This document shows positions 51,484 to 62,424 of a DNA stretch of 64,000 nt, piece by piece (within the stretch, counting starts at the first letter, position 1; every line of letters begins with the position of its first letter). The DNA is from Diplonema japonicum. Taxonomy: Eukaryota > Protista > Euglenozoa: Diplonemea. The stretch lies in contig OZ025684.1 of the NCBI GenBank assembly GCA_964019335.1, positions 496,001-560,000 of the forward strand, read 5' to 3'. A program made the translations under genes and the position numbers. The notes beneath the pieces are model-generated. The model was given only the letters and a program-made list of their open reading frames with translations. It was not told where the DNA came from and made no database searches.

Positions 51484-53385
51484 CTACATCCCCCTCCAGT
51501 ATGGCAGCATTGTACTCGGTGTCATTTTCGACGAAGGTAGGTGCACGCCTTCTCCAACTAAGAATCTGTGATGTGTGTTGGTAAAGACTCTTGAGCATAC
51601 CAAAACAATGGCCACACAGCAGACAGGCATGAGTATAAGGAGGAGGAGCCAATACCAAGCAAAATCACTATCGTTGCTATCAGCAACAGGAACGGGGTTG
51701 TCACTGTCAGCAGGCGTGTTGTTCAGTGTTGTTTGAGGCAGCTGTGTCAGTGTGACAGTCGCACTGTAATTAAACGGTGCCTGTGTAGTAGGAGACTGCG
51801 TCACAGTCGTTTCAGGGGCAATCGTAGGCGGTACAAGTGTGGTCGGTGGCACTTGAGTGGCGGGAGCTGGTGTAGGGGGCGAAGGTGTGCTAGGGGCAGG
51901 TGTGAACGCTGGTATTTGTGTATCGGGTGCTGGGGTAGGGGGCGAAGAAGTCTCAGGAACTGGTGTTTTCGGTGCTTGGGTGTTGGGCGCAGGTGTATCT
52001 GGTGCTGCAGTTCCGGGTTCTTGAGTAAGTGGAGCTTTAGTTGCAGGTGCTCGAGTTGCAGGTGTTTCAGTGTCAGGTGCTGCAGTGGAAGCTTTAGTTG
52101 CAGGTGCTTCAGTGTCAGGTGCTGCAGTTCCGGGTGCTTGAGTAGGGGGAGCTTTAGTTGCAGGTGCTTCAGTTGCAGGTGGCTGAGTAGAAGGAGCTTC
52201 AGTTGCAGGTGCTTGAGTAGGGGGAGATTTAGTAGCAGGTGCTCCAGTGGCAGGTGCTGCAGTTACGGGTGGCTGAGTAGGGGGAGCTTTGGTAGCAGGT
52301 GCTTCAGTTGCAGGTGCTTCAGTGTCAGGTGCTGCAGTTGCAGGTGGCTGAGTGGGGGGAGCTTTAGTTGCAGGTGCTGCAGTTCCGGGTGGCTGAGTGG
52401 GGGGAGCTGCAGTTGCAGGTGCTTGAGTAGGGGGAGATTTAGTAGCAGGTGCTTCAGTTGCGGGTGGCTGAGTAGGGGGAGCTTTGGTAGCAGGTGCTTC
52501 AGTTGCAGGTGCTTCAGTGTCAGGTGCTGCAGTTGCGGGTGCTTGAGTAGGGGGAGCTTTAGTTGCAGGTGCTTCAGTTGCAGGTGGCTGAGTAGGGGGA
52601 GCTTTAGTTGCAGGTGCTGCAGTTGCGGGTGGCTGAGTGGGGGGAGCTTTGGTAGCAGGTGCTTCAGTTGCAGGTGCTCCAGTGTCAGGTGCTGCAGTTG
52701 CAGGTGGCTGAGTAGGGGGAGCTTTAGTTGCAGGTGCTTCAGTGGCAGGTGCTCCAGTGTCAGGTGCTCCAGTTGCGGGTGGCTGAGTAGGGGGAGCTTT
52801 AGTTGCAGGCGCTTCAGTGTCAGGTGCTTCAGTTGCGGGTGCTTGAGTAGGGGGAGCTTTAGTTGCAGGTGCCAGAGTGGGAGGTGCTTGAGTGTCTGGT
52901 ACTTGGCTGGGGGGTACTTGAGTTGAAGGTGCTTGAGTAAGAGGGACAAGTGTTTGGGGAGCAGATGTGTCAGGGAAAGGCGTGGGCGGGCTCCTCGCGC
53001 ATGTCGACAACGATCGGTCAACAACACCACCTTTCATACCCCACACGACGGGTTGGGGATGGGAACTTGCTGCCCCGTTCCAAGGACAAGTACAGGAAGC
53101 AAGACCAATGGACCACGAGAAGGGACCGTCATTTTCCGCCGTTCTACAGTTCATTTTTTTGATTATCTTATCATTTTTATCGGTGATCATCCAGTAGGTT
53201 GAGACACCGCCGGAAAAAATATCAAACTTGTACCCGTTTGGTTGCAGTTTGGTGATGCTGCTGATCGGGTACCTGCCGTTCACAGGATCGTTCCCTGGGA
53301 ACTCAACCAGCACTTCATCATAATCCTTGTACCAAAGAACAGCGTGGGCTGTGGTAATAAGTATGAGCAGAGCGAATAACCTCAT
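51484..53385 (-). CDS. Mucin-like type I surface protein with long TxAP stalk
   Basis: Signal peptide, ~115-aa Cys-containing head, 5-aa repeats, TM with CC. Confidence 0.9.
   Translation of the reverse strand: MRLFALLILITTAHAVLWYKDYDEVLVEFPGNDPVNGRYPISSITKLQPNGYKFDIFSGGVSTYWMITDKNDKIIKKMNCRTAENDGPFSWSIGLASCTCPWNGAASSHPQPVVWGMKGGVVDRSLSTCARSPPTPFPDTSAPQTLVPLTQAPSTQVPPSQVPDTQAPPTLAPATKAPPTQAPATEAPDTEAPATKAPPTQPPATGAPDTGAPATEAPATKAPPTQPPATAAPDTGAPATEAPATKAPPTQPPATAAPATKAPPTQPPATEAPATKAPPTQAPATAAPDTEAPATEAPATKAPPTQPPATEAPATKSPPTQAPATAAPPTQPPGTAAPATKAPPTQPPATAAPDTEAPATEAPATKAPPTQPPVTAAPATGAPATKSPPTQAPATEAPSTQPPATEAPATKAPPTQAPGTAAPDTEAPATKASTAAPDTETPATRAPATKAPLTQEPGTAAPDTPAPNTQAPKTPVPETSSPPTPAPDTQIPAFTPAPSTPSPPTPAPATQVPPTTLVPPTIAPETTVTQSPTTQAPFNYSATVTLTQLPQTTLNNTPADSDNPVPVADSNDSDFAWYWLLLLILMPVCCVAIVLVCSRVFTNTHHRFLVGEGVHLPSSKMTPSTMLPYWRGM
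51950..52935 (-). repeat. 15-nt coding minisatellite (TEAPA/TKAPP/TQPPA/TAAPD units)
   Basis: Tandem agttgcaggtgcttc-type units. Confidence 0.95.
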
Positions 53386-53856
53386 GGTTTACCTACGTGT
53401 AAAAACGGACAAAGGAGGGGAAACACAAAGAAGGGAGGAACAAGGTGAGAAAAACAAAGAGAGAAAAGGGGATGAGATATGGAAATTCTCCACGGATCTC
53501 TAACTACTCTAACTAGGGGAAAGGAATAAAAAATAAAACGTGAAAAGTAAAGCTTTAGCCGTTCACAACGTCGCATTGAGTTGGATAGCCGAGATAAGAG
53601 AATGCAGTAAACACCGCGAGAAGTAACCGGCAGGCACAGCGCTGACGTCGACCGTAGATGTTGACTAGCAACAACAGGACTAGGGTAGAGGGGTGTCCAC
53701 ACGAACGTAGCCGAATACACGACCGATAAAAAAGAAAAATAGGTTTAAGCAACAAGCTACAGAGTTTGATGGTCTTCAGGGCCTTCCTGCAGCATCTCGT
53801 CCATGGCAGGCACAAACTGAATCTCATCAGTAGCATTGAATCTAGGTGAGCGTTTT

Positions 53857-54795
53857 CTATTGCAAAAAATCTGCGGTGTGGTGTGCTAGCAAATACTTCA
53901 GATTAGAGCATACCAGAAAAATAATAGCCACACAGCAGACAGAGGCAAGTATAATGAGGAGGACCCAATACCAAGCAAGGCCGCTGCTGTCGCCATCATG
54001 CAACACAAACGACAGAGTAAGGGTAGGTGTAGCGGTGCGAGTGGTGGTGATTGTAGGTGATTGAATTGTGACTGTTATAGTACTATTTTCGGGTGGTACA
54101 GGTGCTTGTGTACTGGGGTTAGGAGCTGAGGTAAGTGGGGCAATCGTAGCCGGCGCTGTTGTTGGTGCCGATGTCTCTGGGGCGGGTGCTGGTGTCGCAG
54201 GAGCAGGTGTCAGCGGCGGTTGTGTGCGTGGGGCAGGTGCCGGGGCCGCGGTAAGAGGGGCGGGTGTTGCTGGTGCCGATGTCGCAGGGGCGGGTGTCAC
54301 CGGTGGTTGTGTGCGTGGGGCAGGTGTCGGGACCGTGGTAAGAGGGGCGGGTGTTACGGGAGCAGATGTGTCAGGGAAAGGTGTGGTCGGGTTCGCGCAT
54401 GTCGAGAACGATCGGTCAACAACACCACCTTTCATACCCCACACGACGGGCTGAGGCCGGTCACTTGCTGCCCCATGCCAAGGACAGGCACACTTAGCAA
54501 GACCAATGGACCACGAGAAGGGACCGTCACTTTGCGCCGCTCTGCAATTCATTCTTTTGATTATCTTGTCATTTCTATCAACGATCATCCAGTAGGTTGA
54601 ACTACCACCGGAAAGGAAGTCAAACTTGTAACCGTTTGGTTGCAGTTTGGTGGTGAGTTCGTTGATCGGGCCGTACTTGCCGTTCACAGGATCGTTCCCT
54701 GGGAACTCAACCAACACTTCATCATAATCCTTGTACCAAATGGGACTAACAGCGTGGGCTGTGGTAATAAGTGAGAGCAGAGTGAATGGCCGCAT
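53857..54795 (-). CDS. Mucin-like paralogue with short TPAP stalk
   Basis: Head domain and TM closely match 51484-53385. Confidence 0.9.
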   Translation of the reverse strand: MRPFTLLSLITTAHAVSPIWYKDYDEVLVEFPGNDPVNGKYGPINELTTKLQPNGYKFDFLSGGSSTYWMIVDRNDKIIKRMNCRAAQSDGPFSWSIGLAKCACPWHGAASDRPQPVVWGMKGGVVDRSFSTCANPTTPFPDTSAPVTPAPLTTVPTPAPRTQPPVTPAPATSAPATPAPLTAAPAPAPRTQPPLTPAPATPAPAPETSAPTTAPATIAPLTSAPNPSTQAPVPPENSTITVTIQSPTITTTRTATPTLTLSFVLHDGDSSGLAWYWVLLIILASVCCVAIIFLVCSNLKYLLAHHTADFLQ

Positions 54796-54901
54796 ATTTT
54801 CAAAGTTAATAACCTATACAAATCTTATTTTATTTCTTCTTATTGGCAAGCTGAAATATAATAATACTGGGGAGGGTCCTTCTGACGTGTAAAAGTTAAG
54901 C

Positions 54902-55108
54902 TTAAATGCTAAAGCCACCAAGGTTCGGAGAGCTTCGTTCGAGAACCTTGAAGTGTGTCATTATGTCAGTCGCCATGCTGCCGTTCATGTCTGAGGAACC
55001 GAAGTCGTTGAGCTTGCTGATGTCCTTGTCTTTGTCGACTGTCACTTTGCTCTTCTTTACTTTAATGTTGTTCAGCAAGTCGGCAGTTGAAACCTTTTTC
55101 GGGGGCAT
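54902..55108 (-). CDS. Small hypothetical protein (68 aa)
   Basis: ATG in an acaacATG context on the coding strand; starts MPPKK. Confidence 0.5.
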   Translation of the reverse strand: MPPKKVSTADLLNNIKVKKSKVTVDKDKDISKLNDFGSSDMNGSMATDIMTHFKVLERSSPNLGGFSI

Positions 55109-55362
55109 GTTGTTTTCACCCGTGTAACAAAACCTACTAAAGTAATCCTCAGGGACAACTACTCAGGGTGCCTGTTTTCTGAACGTAGAATTATCTTTGT
55201 AGCGGCTGAAAATTTAATGTAAAGACAAAGATACAGGAGCCCCGTATTTCAAAACTTATGTGCAGATATTTTCTTTTTTTTTTTTTTCTCATACAAGAAA
55301 ACTAGGAAGGTGGGGAAAAAATAACAAATACTAACAAGCAACTGAGACTAGAGGTGCACATG

Positions 55363-57567
55363 TTAATATGCTTGTATCAGCTGAACAGTGGCACCATCCG
55401 GCTCCACCCAATATGTCCTGCACTCCATGGGCTCCGTGAAATAGTATGGTGCATGGGGGGACACTGTCAGGTGGGCACGCAGCTTAGTAGTGAAGTTGTG
55501 TGTTGTCCTGTCAGCCACGTTGGACAACATGTGCTTCTCCAGATGGCACACGGCATTGGCAGCCTCCCCCTTTTGGATCAGGGTGAATGCGGTGTCGATT
55601 TCTTTGGAGAGAGACTCATGGAGCTCTACTTCGTACATCCACTCGCTGGCCCCGTCGAACGACTTTCCGGCCTTTGCGCACAGCTCATAGACAATGCTGC
55701 TCGGTGGAAGGGTACCCCTTGAAAGCAGGCGTGATGTCAAGATATCAATTGGCCTGAAGTTGTGTGACGTAGCACACTGCAGCTTCATCGCCTGGTCGCA
55801 CACCGTAAGTACATTATTCTTCAATCCTATTGCCGCTAGGTTCGTGCTCATCAGCCTGACACCGGAGTAAACTCCATGTCCCCTCTGCCGTTGCCCAACT
55901 TGTCCACATATCGAAGGCCCGCTCGCGCAGCCGAACGCCACTGCAGGAGCCATCTGCTGCAGCCTTGGCCACTCGTAGGAAGACATCTCCAACAGAGCAT
56001 TTGCCGCATCTGTGTGCACAGCAAGTACGGACTTCCCAACGTTGGTGAAGTGTATCAGGATCACGTCCCACGCCACGGAGTCGATGGCACCCGAGTGTGC
56101 CCTTGCTGCTGCACAGCAGTGGTCTATGAAGGCTGTTTGCATTGTTTCGAACTCGCGGCATTCTTTGGGCTGCTTCATCCAAAAGTCCATTTGGTACTTC
56201 AAAGTAACAGCGATGACGACAGTAGCACGCTGCACACGCATCTCTCTCATTTTCTTTGAGATGCAGTTCGTTGTCTTGTCGGCAGCCGATACCTGCATCT
56301 TATACACACTCTCCGCTACTGCAACAGCCTCAGAGCTCATTTCTTGCCGAAAAGACAACGACGTACAGAGCTCGAAGTCGCCAGCGCTGACGGAAGATAT
56401 TGGGGATGCTACCTCAGAGTTGTCGAAAGAGTGGGGTGCATAGGGCTTAAGCTCATGTAGCGTTGTGAAGAGGTCTTGAATGGTGAGCAGTACCACATTG
56501 AGAGAAGGCAATGGTGACAAGGGCAGCGTGGGGGCAAGCTCATAGTGTGCTTCGATGAAGTCATGTGCAAGGGTAGGGACAGCGAGGATAGAGGCGAAGA
56601 AGCTGCAAAACACTGTCGTACTGCGGTGTATGGACACTGCCGTTATAGCAAAAAGGAGAAGCAGGTAGAGACCGCAGGCAGCGAGGCTGCTTTCTGAAGA
56701 AATGAATGAGAGCACTGTGGGGAAGGAGACCGCAGCCAACGGCCTAAAGTGCAAAATGCACATGCCATTCTCTAACAAAGGTGTTTGTGTGTAGTCAGGG
56801 GAGGAGATTGCTGCCACTCCGCAGGGCAGAGCAAGCAGATAGTCAGGTACAGCACCTGTTGTATCCAGCACCATGGTGGTGTTGTGAACAGTGAACTTGA
56901 TAGCAAAGGCAGTGTCATTGGACACACCCGACGAGACGAGGAGGCCTTTTGTGCGCAGCTCGATTCCGCAGGCAGGGGGGCACGTCCCGCATAGCCGTTT
57001 GTCAACTGACAAAACGCTGCCTGTGTGGAATATGTGATAGTACCCACGATGCCTCTTGACAAGCACACCTCGCACGCTCTGGTCTGATACGTCCCGTGTC
57101 TCGGTTGCAAGGAGCAGTGGCACATCAGCTGGTGTCTCGCTACTGTGAACAGTGTGCAGCACTGGGGGATTGTTGGTCCCCACTTGCACTGACCCTGCAA
57201 TATCGTTTGTCGAGAACAGATAATGAGCCGTGTCTTGCACGAAGCATTTCCTTAGCATTGCAGACGCCACCACCATGTTCCCGATCTTGTTCGTCGTCCA
57301 CACAAACTTCTCGCTCCCTGCGAGCCCTGGCTGGTGCTGCACGGAGCACATCTCTGTCATGTCGATGAGCCCCTTCTCTACGAAGGATGCAAAGCTGTTT
57401 AGGCCTCTTATGTTAAACATAACATTGTTTTCGCTCTCTTCACGATACACATCGAGCATCTTCAGTACAATAAAGGAAAGGGCACAGGTCAGCACGGCAC
57501 TGCCCACCAGAGCGGGCACGGTGCACTTCACAAGCAGCACTGCTGTACCATGTCTAAGTGTCTTCAT
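55363..57567 (-). CDS. Membrane receptor-type class III nucleotide cyclase-like protein, degenerate
   Basis: TM / ectodomain / TM, then LKPYAP and HSGAIDSVAWDVILIHF...FGCASG..ICGQVG...FRPID, a cyclase-fold pattern. Confidence 0.65.
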   Translation of the reverse strand: MKTLRHGTAVLLVKCTVPALVGSAVLTCALSFIVLKMLDVYREESENNVMFNIRGLNSFASFVEKGLIDMTEMCSVQHQPGLAGSEKFVWTTNKIGNMVVASAMLRKCFVQDTAHYLFSTNDIAGSVQVGTNNPPVLHTVHSSETPADVPLLLATETRDVSDQSVRGVLVKRHRGYYHIFHTGSVLSVDKRLCGTCPPACGIELRTKGLLVSSGVSNDTAFAIKFTVHNTTMVLDTTGAVPDYLLALPCGVAAISSPDYTQTPLLENGMCILHFRPLAAVSFPTVLSFISSESSLAACGLYLLLLFAITAVSIHRSTTVFCSFFASILAVPTLAHDFIEAHYELAPTLPLSPLPSLNVVLLTIQDLFTTLHELKPYAPHSFDNSEVASPISSVSAGDFELCTSLSFRQEMSSEAVAVAESVYKMQVSAADKTTNCISKKMREMRVQRATVVIAVTLKYQMDFWMKQPKECREFETMQTAFIDHCCAAARAHSGAIDSVAWDVILIHFTNVGKSVLAVHTDAANALLEMSSYEWPRLQQMAPAVAFGCASGPSICGQVGQRQRGHGVYSGVRLMSTNLAAIGLKNNVLTVCDQAMKLQCATSHNFRPIDILTSRLLSRGTLPPSSIVYELCAKAGKSFDGASEWMYEVELHESLSKEIDTAFTLIQKGEAANAVCHLEKHMLSNVADRTTHNFTTKLRAHLTVSPHAPYYFTEPMECRTYWVEPDGATVQLIQAY

Positions 57568-58322
57568 CGCTGCTTGTCGGCCATATTGCAGGTTTAGGCT
57601 GCTGGTTATGTGTTGCACAGCTCATGGGGAGAAAGGTAAGTTGATGGAAAAAGAAACTGTATCAATGCTGGTTCTCCTACTATCATTGTGCGTGCTGGCT
57701 TACTTTTCTGTTCCTTTTGTGGAAGCTTTTCGAATTCGCTAAATTCTGCCCCCAGGAACATAAAGAAGAAACACATCAAAGAGGGCAGCAAAGGGTCCCT
57801 CGAAAGAGAAGCAACGTATCAAAATCAAGGGGCGAGGAAAAAACAAGGATAAGGAACGTATCACTAGGCTCCGTAGAAGAGCCTGAACAAAGATAAAAGC
57901 CTAAAAAACAAGCACGTTTGGGATCACCTCGACACCAGGACTTCGGCTTTTCAGTGTGCCCTCTGCGGCTTCGCGACAGGTGACAGCTTCTGCCTCTTTC
58001 AACTTCCTTTACAAACCTCAAGGCTTGATGGTGTTGAATCGATGAGCGTTCTCTTCCACTTCTAAAAAGAGTGCCTATAACAACAAAAACAAAGGGGGGG
58101 TGTTGAAAGATCTTCGGCCACTGTATAACAGCGAAGGCCAATTGGAAACTGCACCAAGACGCGCCCATATCATCGTGGTGAGAAAAAAAGAATTTAATAA
58201 AAAGAAAACACTGCACTAAGCAAGCACATTCCCTGGGTGTGGGCAGGCGGGGAGGGTTTGATAGCAATCATTAGATTTTCTACTTCGCTTCTACAGAACC
58301 GAACAAAACTGCTATTTCTTCT

Positions 58323-58367
<45 letters not shown>

Positions 58368-58510
58368 CGTCCACCTCTTCCTTTCTCCTAATAGATTGCA
58401 ATGCCTGTTGAGGCGTCGGACTCGTATTCTGAATCATCGTTAATTTGTTTCTGCGGTGTGGGGTTTTTTTTTTCTTTTTCTTTTCTTTTCTTTTTTTCTC
58501 CTTTTTGATC

Positions 58511-59608
58511 TCACACCTTGGACGACTCGTCAACTGTTTTGCCCGAGACAACAAGAGCAAGGCCGATCAGGATACCCACAGCACTGAAGTCCTTATAACT
58601 GGGTTCTGAGAACCCTTTCTCGTCAACGGCCCAGTGTTTGCCTTTGATCAGGATAATCAGGAAAGACAGCACGAAGGACGTCAGCGGCTGGATGACAGTG
58701 TAGGCCGACACGACAGACGCCTTAAGGAAGGCGTTGGCCCATGTCATAGCTATGTAGGCAATAACAGAGTTGAAAAGGATCCAATAGAGCAAGGCGAGGA
58801 TCATGGAGGTGGGGACGGCCCACGCCCCTTTGCAGTCGTGCGAAGGACACACAAAATGCAGCATCGCGTCGTTGGAGTTGATGATGAACGCTGCAACTGC
58901 CATCAATACACTGGCAGTGATGTAAGACCATCCTGTCACTGAGATGGGGAGATACGTCTTCGCGGCAAGCAGCGGCTTCGTGAGGATCACATAACCGCTT
59001 GTCGCAAGGCAGTTGAAGAAGAACAATATGTTCCCGACAACAGGCTCGTTCACGGAACTGTCACCAGACCCCGATGAAGACGACCCTCCAGAGTCACCAC
59101 CAGGCAGCACTATCATGCACGTAGCACCAATGACCGCGAACAGTATCCCTGCTATCTTCTTCGCGTCTACTTTCTCATAGCCTAATAGCAGCGCAAGCGC
59201 GCACGTGAAGATTGGCTGTGACGGTTGCCACACGCTCCCCGTTGTGGGGTCGGACAGCTTCAAACCGACTATGAAGGCAAACTGGTTCACAAAGATACAA
59301 ACACCCGCAGCCAGCAACCTCAGTAGGTGCTCTTTCTGCGGGTACTCCACCCTCTGAAACATCGCTAGTGCAACGAGGATCGGTCCGGCAATGCCTTCCC
59401 TGATCAGTGCAAACAACACAGGGTTCGTGCCGCTGACACCAAGCTTGCCAACAACAGCACCGCCTCCAAAACTCAGCTGACAAATAATCATCGCACCATG
59501 CAGCTTCCACATTGAAGGTATGCTGCCCTTGCCGTAAGTGTCAAGGCGATACTGGTCATCTTCACATGTCTCTTCGTCGTCTTCGTCGTTAACATATTTG
59601 TGCGGCAT
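58511..59608 (-). CDS. EamA/DMT (WAT1-like) transporter
   Basis: About 10 TMs in two repeats; NPVLFALIR, QPIFT..LALLLGYE, QPL. Confidence 0.9.
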   Translation of the reverse strand: MPHKYVNDEDDEETCEDDQYRLDTYGKGSIPSMWKLHGAMIICQLSFGGGAVVGKLGVSGTNPVLFALIREGIAGPILVALAMFQRVEYPQKEHLLRLLAAGVCIFVNQFAFIVGLKLSDPTTGSVWQPSQPIFTCALALLLGYEKVDAKKIAGILFAVIGATCMIVLPGGDSGGSSSSGSGDSSVNEPVVGNILFFFNCLATSGYVILTKPLLAAKTYLPISVTGWSYITASVLMAVAAFIINSNDAMLHFVCPSHDCKGAWAVPTSMILALLYWILFNSVIAYIAMTWANAFLKASVVSAYTVIQPLTSFVLSFLIILIKGKHWAVDEKGFSEPSYKDFSAVGILIGLALVVSGKTVDESSKV

Positions 59609-59700
59609 CTCCCCCCCTGTAGGATTGCAGGAACAGTAGTCGATAATAGAACTCCTAAAGCGCTGAAAGCGACAATAAAGTGTTGCAGCACGCTGTTGGT

Positions 59701-60666
59701 TTACAGCTTGCTTCTTACAGGTAGGTTGGAGAGGAAAGGAACGACGACTGCAGAAACGCTGGGCGCGTCATCGCTATGTACGTGATGTCCGCCTGCTGCC
59801 AGAACAACGGTTGTGACGTTCTTTAAGCACGCAAGGCGTTCCTGGCTGTTTCGCTTGTACAATTCATAGTAGGATTTCTCTTTTTCGGTGTTGAGGGGCT
59901 GCATTCGCTTCACAAAGTCTAGCGGCCCCAACACACGCAAGAACGGACACTCCACACTCGATGCGATCTCCAGTAGCTGCGTCTGCTGCATTTTCATAAA
60001 CTGTCTATCGCCGTACTGTTTCGGGTCAGGTGTGAACACCCAGCTCATATCGCTCTCTTGTCGCGTGTTCCTTCTTAGGATGTTCACTGCGGTCTTCCTT
60101 GTCTTCGGGTATATCTTGTTATTTTGGTTCTGAATAACAGCTTCCTCGAAGCTTGCGAATTTCTTGGGGCCTTTCTTGGTAAACCTCTCTACATTCGCCG
60201 TGATAGATCTGACCTTCGTAGTGATGGTAGTACTTAGGTCTAATGGGAAGACACCACTCATAGCAGCAGGTGGGGCCTCAACAGCCACAAGTGCAGACAC
60301 CCTCTCAGGGAACGAAGCAGCTGCCAAAAGTGTGACGCCACCGCCCCGTGAGTGCCCGAACAAAATCGCTGTACCCCACCCGAGCTTGTCCAGCATACTC
60401 TTTACCAGTACTGCCTCCTCGAAGTCGTTGTAATTGCAATATGCAGGCATCCACTGGGACTTCCCACACCCAGGAGGGTCCAAAGCCACCACATCAAAAC
60501 CTGCTTCACACAGCAAGGGAGCGATCTCATCAAATGACCCTGCGTTGTCCAGCCACCCGGGGTAGCACAAGATCCTCTTTTGTGCGTCGGGCGTTGTGGG
60601 TGACCACCTTTTCATCCCCATCTTGAATCCATTCTCGAGGGTCACAATTGTGTCACATGTCAGCAT
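59701..60666 (-). CDS. SERHL-like alpha/beta hydrolase with PTS1
   Basis: GWLDNAGSF, GHSRGG, HHVH.DD, C-terminal SKL. Confidence 0.9.
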   Translation of the reverse strand: MLTCDTIVTLENGFKMGMKRWSPTTPDAQKRILCYPGWLDNAGSFDEIAPLLCEAGFDVVALDPPGCGKSQWMPAYCNYNDFEEAVLVKSMLDKLGWGTAILFGHSRGGGVTLLAAASFPERVSALVAVEAPPAAMSGVFPLDLSTTITTKVRSITANVERFTKKGPKKFASFEEAVIQNQNNKIYPKTRKTAVNILRRNTRQESDMSWVFTPDPKQYGDRQFMKMQQTQLLEIASSVECPFLRVLGPLDFVKRMQPLNTEKEKSYYELYKRNSQERLACLKNVTTVVLAAGGHHVHSDDAPSVSAVVVPFLSNLPVRSKL

Positions 60667-60873
60667 AGTGCCTGTCAAATTACATTATAAAACGCAAGGA
60701 AGCATGAAACTAACAATGCTCAAGGACAAGATGTGTAGTGCACTTGAAGGGGCAAAAGAAACAGGCAACTGGAGAGCCTCTAAACGGCCCACAGGATGAA
60801 AACCAACCTGCCGACTGAGGTCCATGAACTACCTTAGAACAAAGAGTCAAAAGAATAGAAATATGATCGGAGG

Positions 60874-61836
60874 CTACAGCTTGCTACAGGGGGCAAGAGC
60901 TGTATTGAGGTAAGGGATGATGATGCTTGCTACTTGTGGTGCGTCGTCGCTGTGTACGTGGTGGGCGGAGTCTGGGTCGAGCACTTTGGTAGTGAGGGTT
61001 TTGATAGTCTTTCGGCGTTCGTCGCGAGCCGTTCGGGAGACATCCTGCTTGTGGGCGGTGGCATGCCCCGCAAGACTAATGAAGAAGTCGACAGGTGACA
61101 CGAGAGACAGACATGGCGACTTCACCGATGACAGCATCCTCATTTGCATGTCATGTGACAGTTTGACTGCCTGCCTGTGCCCATACTGCCTGGGGTCATG
61201 TGTGAACACCCAACTCCCATTACTCTCCTGCTGCACATGCCGTCTCACGATGTTCTCAGCCGTCTTTTTCGTCTTCGGGAATGCCTTGTTGTGTTGGGTG
61301 TGCTGCACCGCCTCTTCAAAGGTCTTGAACACCCTTAGCTTACGATTTGTGTTTTTCAAGCACGACTTGTAGTTTGCACGCAGCACATCAGCAGGGTTCC
61401 GTGTGATCTCATGAGCGTAAACGCCTGCGACACCATACCCCCCCGCCTCAATCGCCACCACTGCAGACACCCTCTCAGGGAACGAAGCAGCTGCGATAAA
61501 AGCTACCCCACCGCCCCGCGAGTGTCCCATGAGTGCAACCTTCCCCCACCCGAGCATGTCAGCCATTTTCATAAGCATGGATGCCTCCTCGAAGTCGTTG
61601 TAATTGCAATATGCAGGCATCCACTGGGACTTCCCACACCCAGGAGGGTCCAAAGCCACCACATCAAAACCTGCTTCACACAGCAAGGGAGCGATCTCAT
61701 CAAATGACCCTGCGTTGTCCAGCCACCCGGGGTAGCACAAGATCCTCTTTTGTGCGTCGGGCGTTGTGGGTGACCACCTTTTCATCCCCATCTTGAACCC
61801 GTCGCTGAGGGTCAAGACTGTGTCATGCATTTGCAT
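60874..61836 (-). CDS. SERHL-like alpha/beta hydrolase paralogue with PTS1
   Basis: Same motifs, C-terminal SKL. Confidence 0.9.
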   Translation of the reverse strand: MQMHDTVLTLSDGFKMGMKRWSPTTPDAQKRILCYPGWLDNAGSFDEIAPLLCEAGFDVVALDPPGCGKSQWMPAYCNYNDFEEASMLMKMADMLGWGKVALMGHSRGGGVAFIAAASFPERVSAVVAIEAGGYGVAGVYAHEITRNPADVLRANYKSCLKNTNRKLRVFKTFEEAVQHTQHNKAFPKTKKTAENIVRRHVQQESNGSWVFTHDPRQYGHRQAVKLSHDMQMRMLSSVKSPCLSLVSPVDFFISLAGHATAHKQDVSRTARDERRKTIKTLTTKVLDPDSAHHVHSDDAPQVASIIIPYLNTALAPCSKL

Positions 61837-62424
61837 TGTGTTCCTGTGGATTTGCTATGTTTAGTCAGCAACGACGGGGTCTCTGCCTTACTCAGTGAGT
61901 GGAGCCCATGTTCGGTGACAAAGGAGAAGCCTCGATCTCACCATCCTGCATGGCACTTCGATAGGCTTGAAAGATACAGAATAAAAAGGAAGTTAGATGT
62001 GGATCACCTTGCTCACTCGTATTTCTAATAGGCGTTAACTCGAACGTGAGCAGCTTTGTTTTATCTGTTCGCCCCGAGTCACGAAAACAAAAAAAAGGGG
62101 GAATAATACACACTAGGATTTGTTAAAAAGTTGGAAAACACTGAAAGATAAGCACGAGGGTAGCAAACACGACAACACGCTCAAAGAAGACAAACACAGA
62201 AGAAAATGGAGATTAAAAGGAGGGGGGGGGGGGGGTAAAATACACTATATAATAAACTTTTTAAAGAAATAGGGAAAGGAGTAACGAGAAAAAAAAAAGA
62301 AGAAAAACGAGGAAAATGGAGGAATGGGGTGGGTGGGGCAGATGGTCTATTGTATCGTCTCTTTCTTTTTTCTTTTTTTTTTTTCACCCCCTCTTTTTTT
62401 TCATTCCTTTTTTTTTTTTTTTTT

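Noticed and set aside
51950-52935. Regular repeat array as a possible CRISPR
   Set aside because: In-frame 15-nt coding units with no unique spacers.
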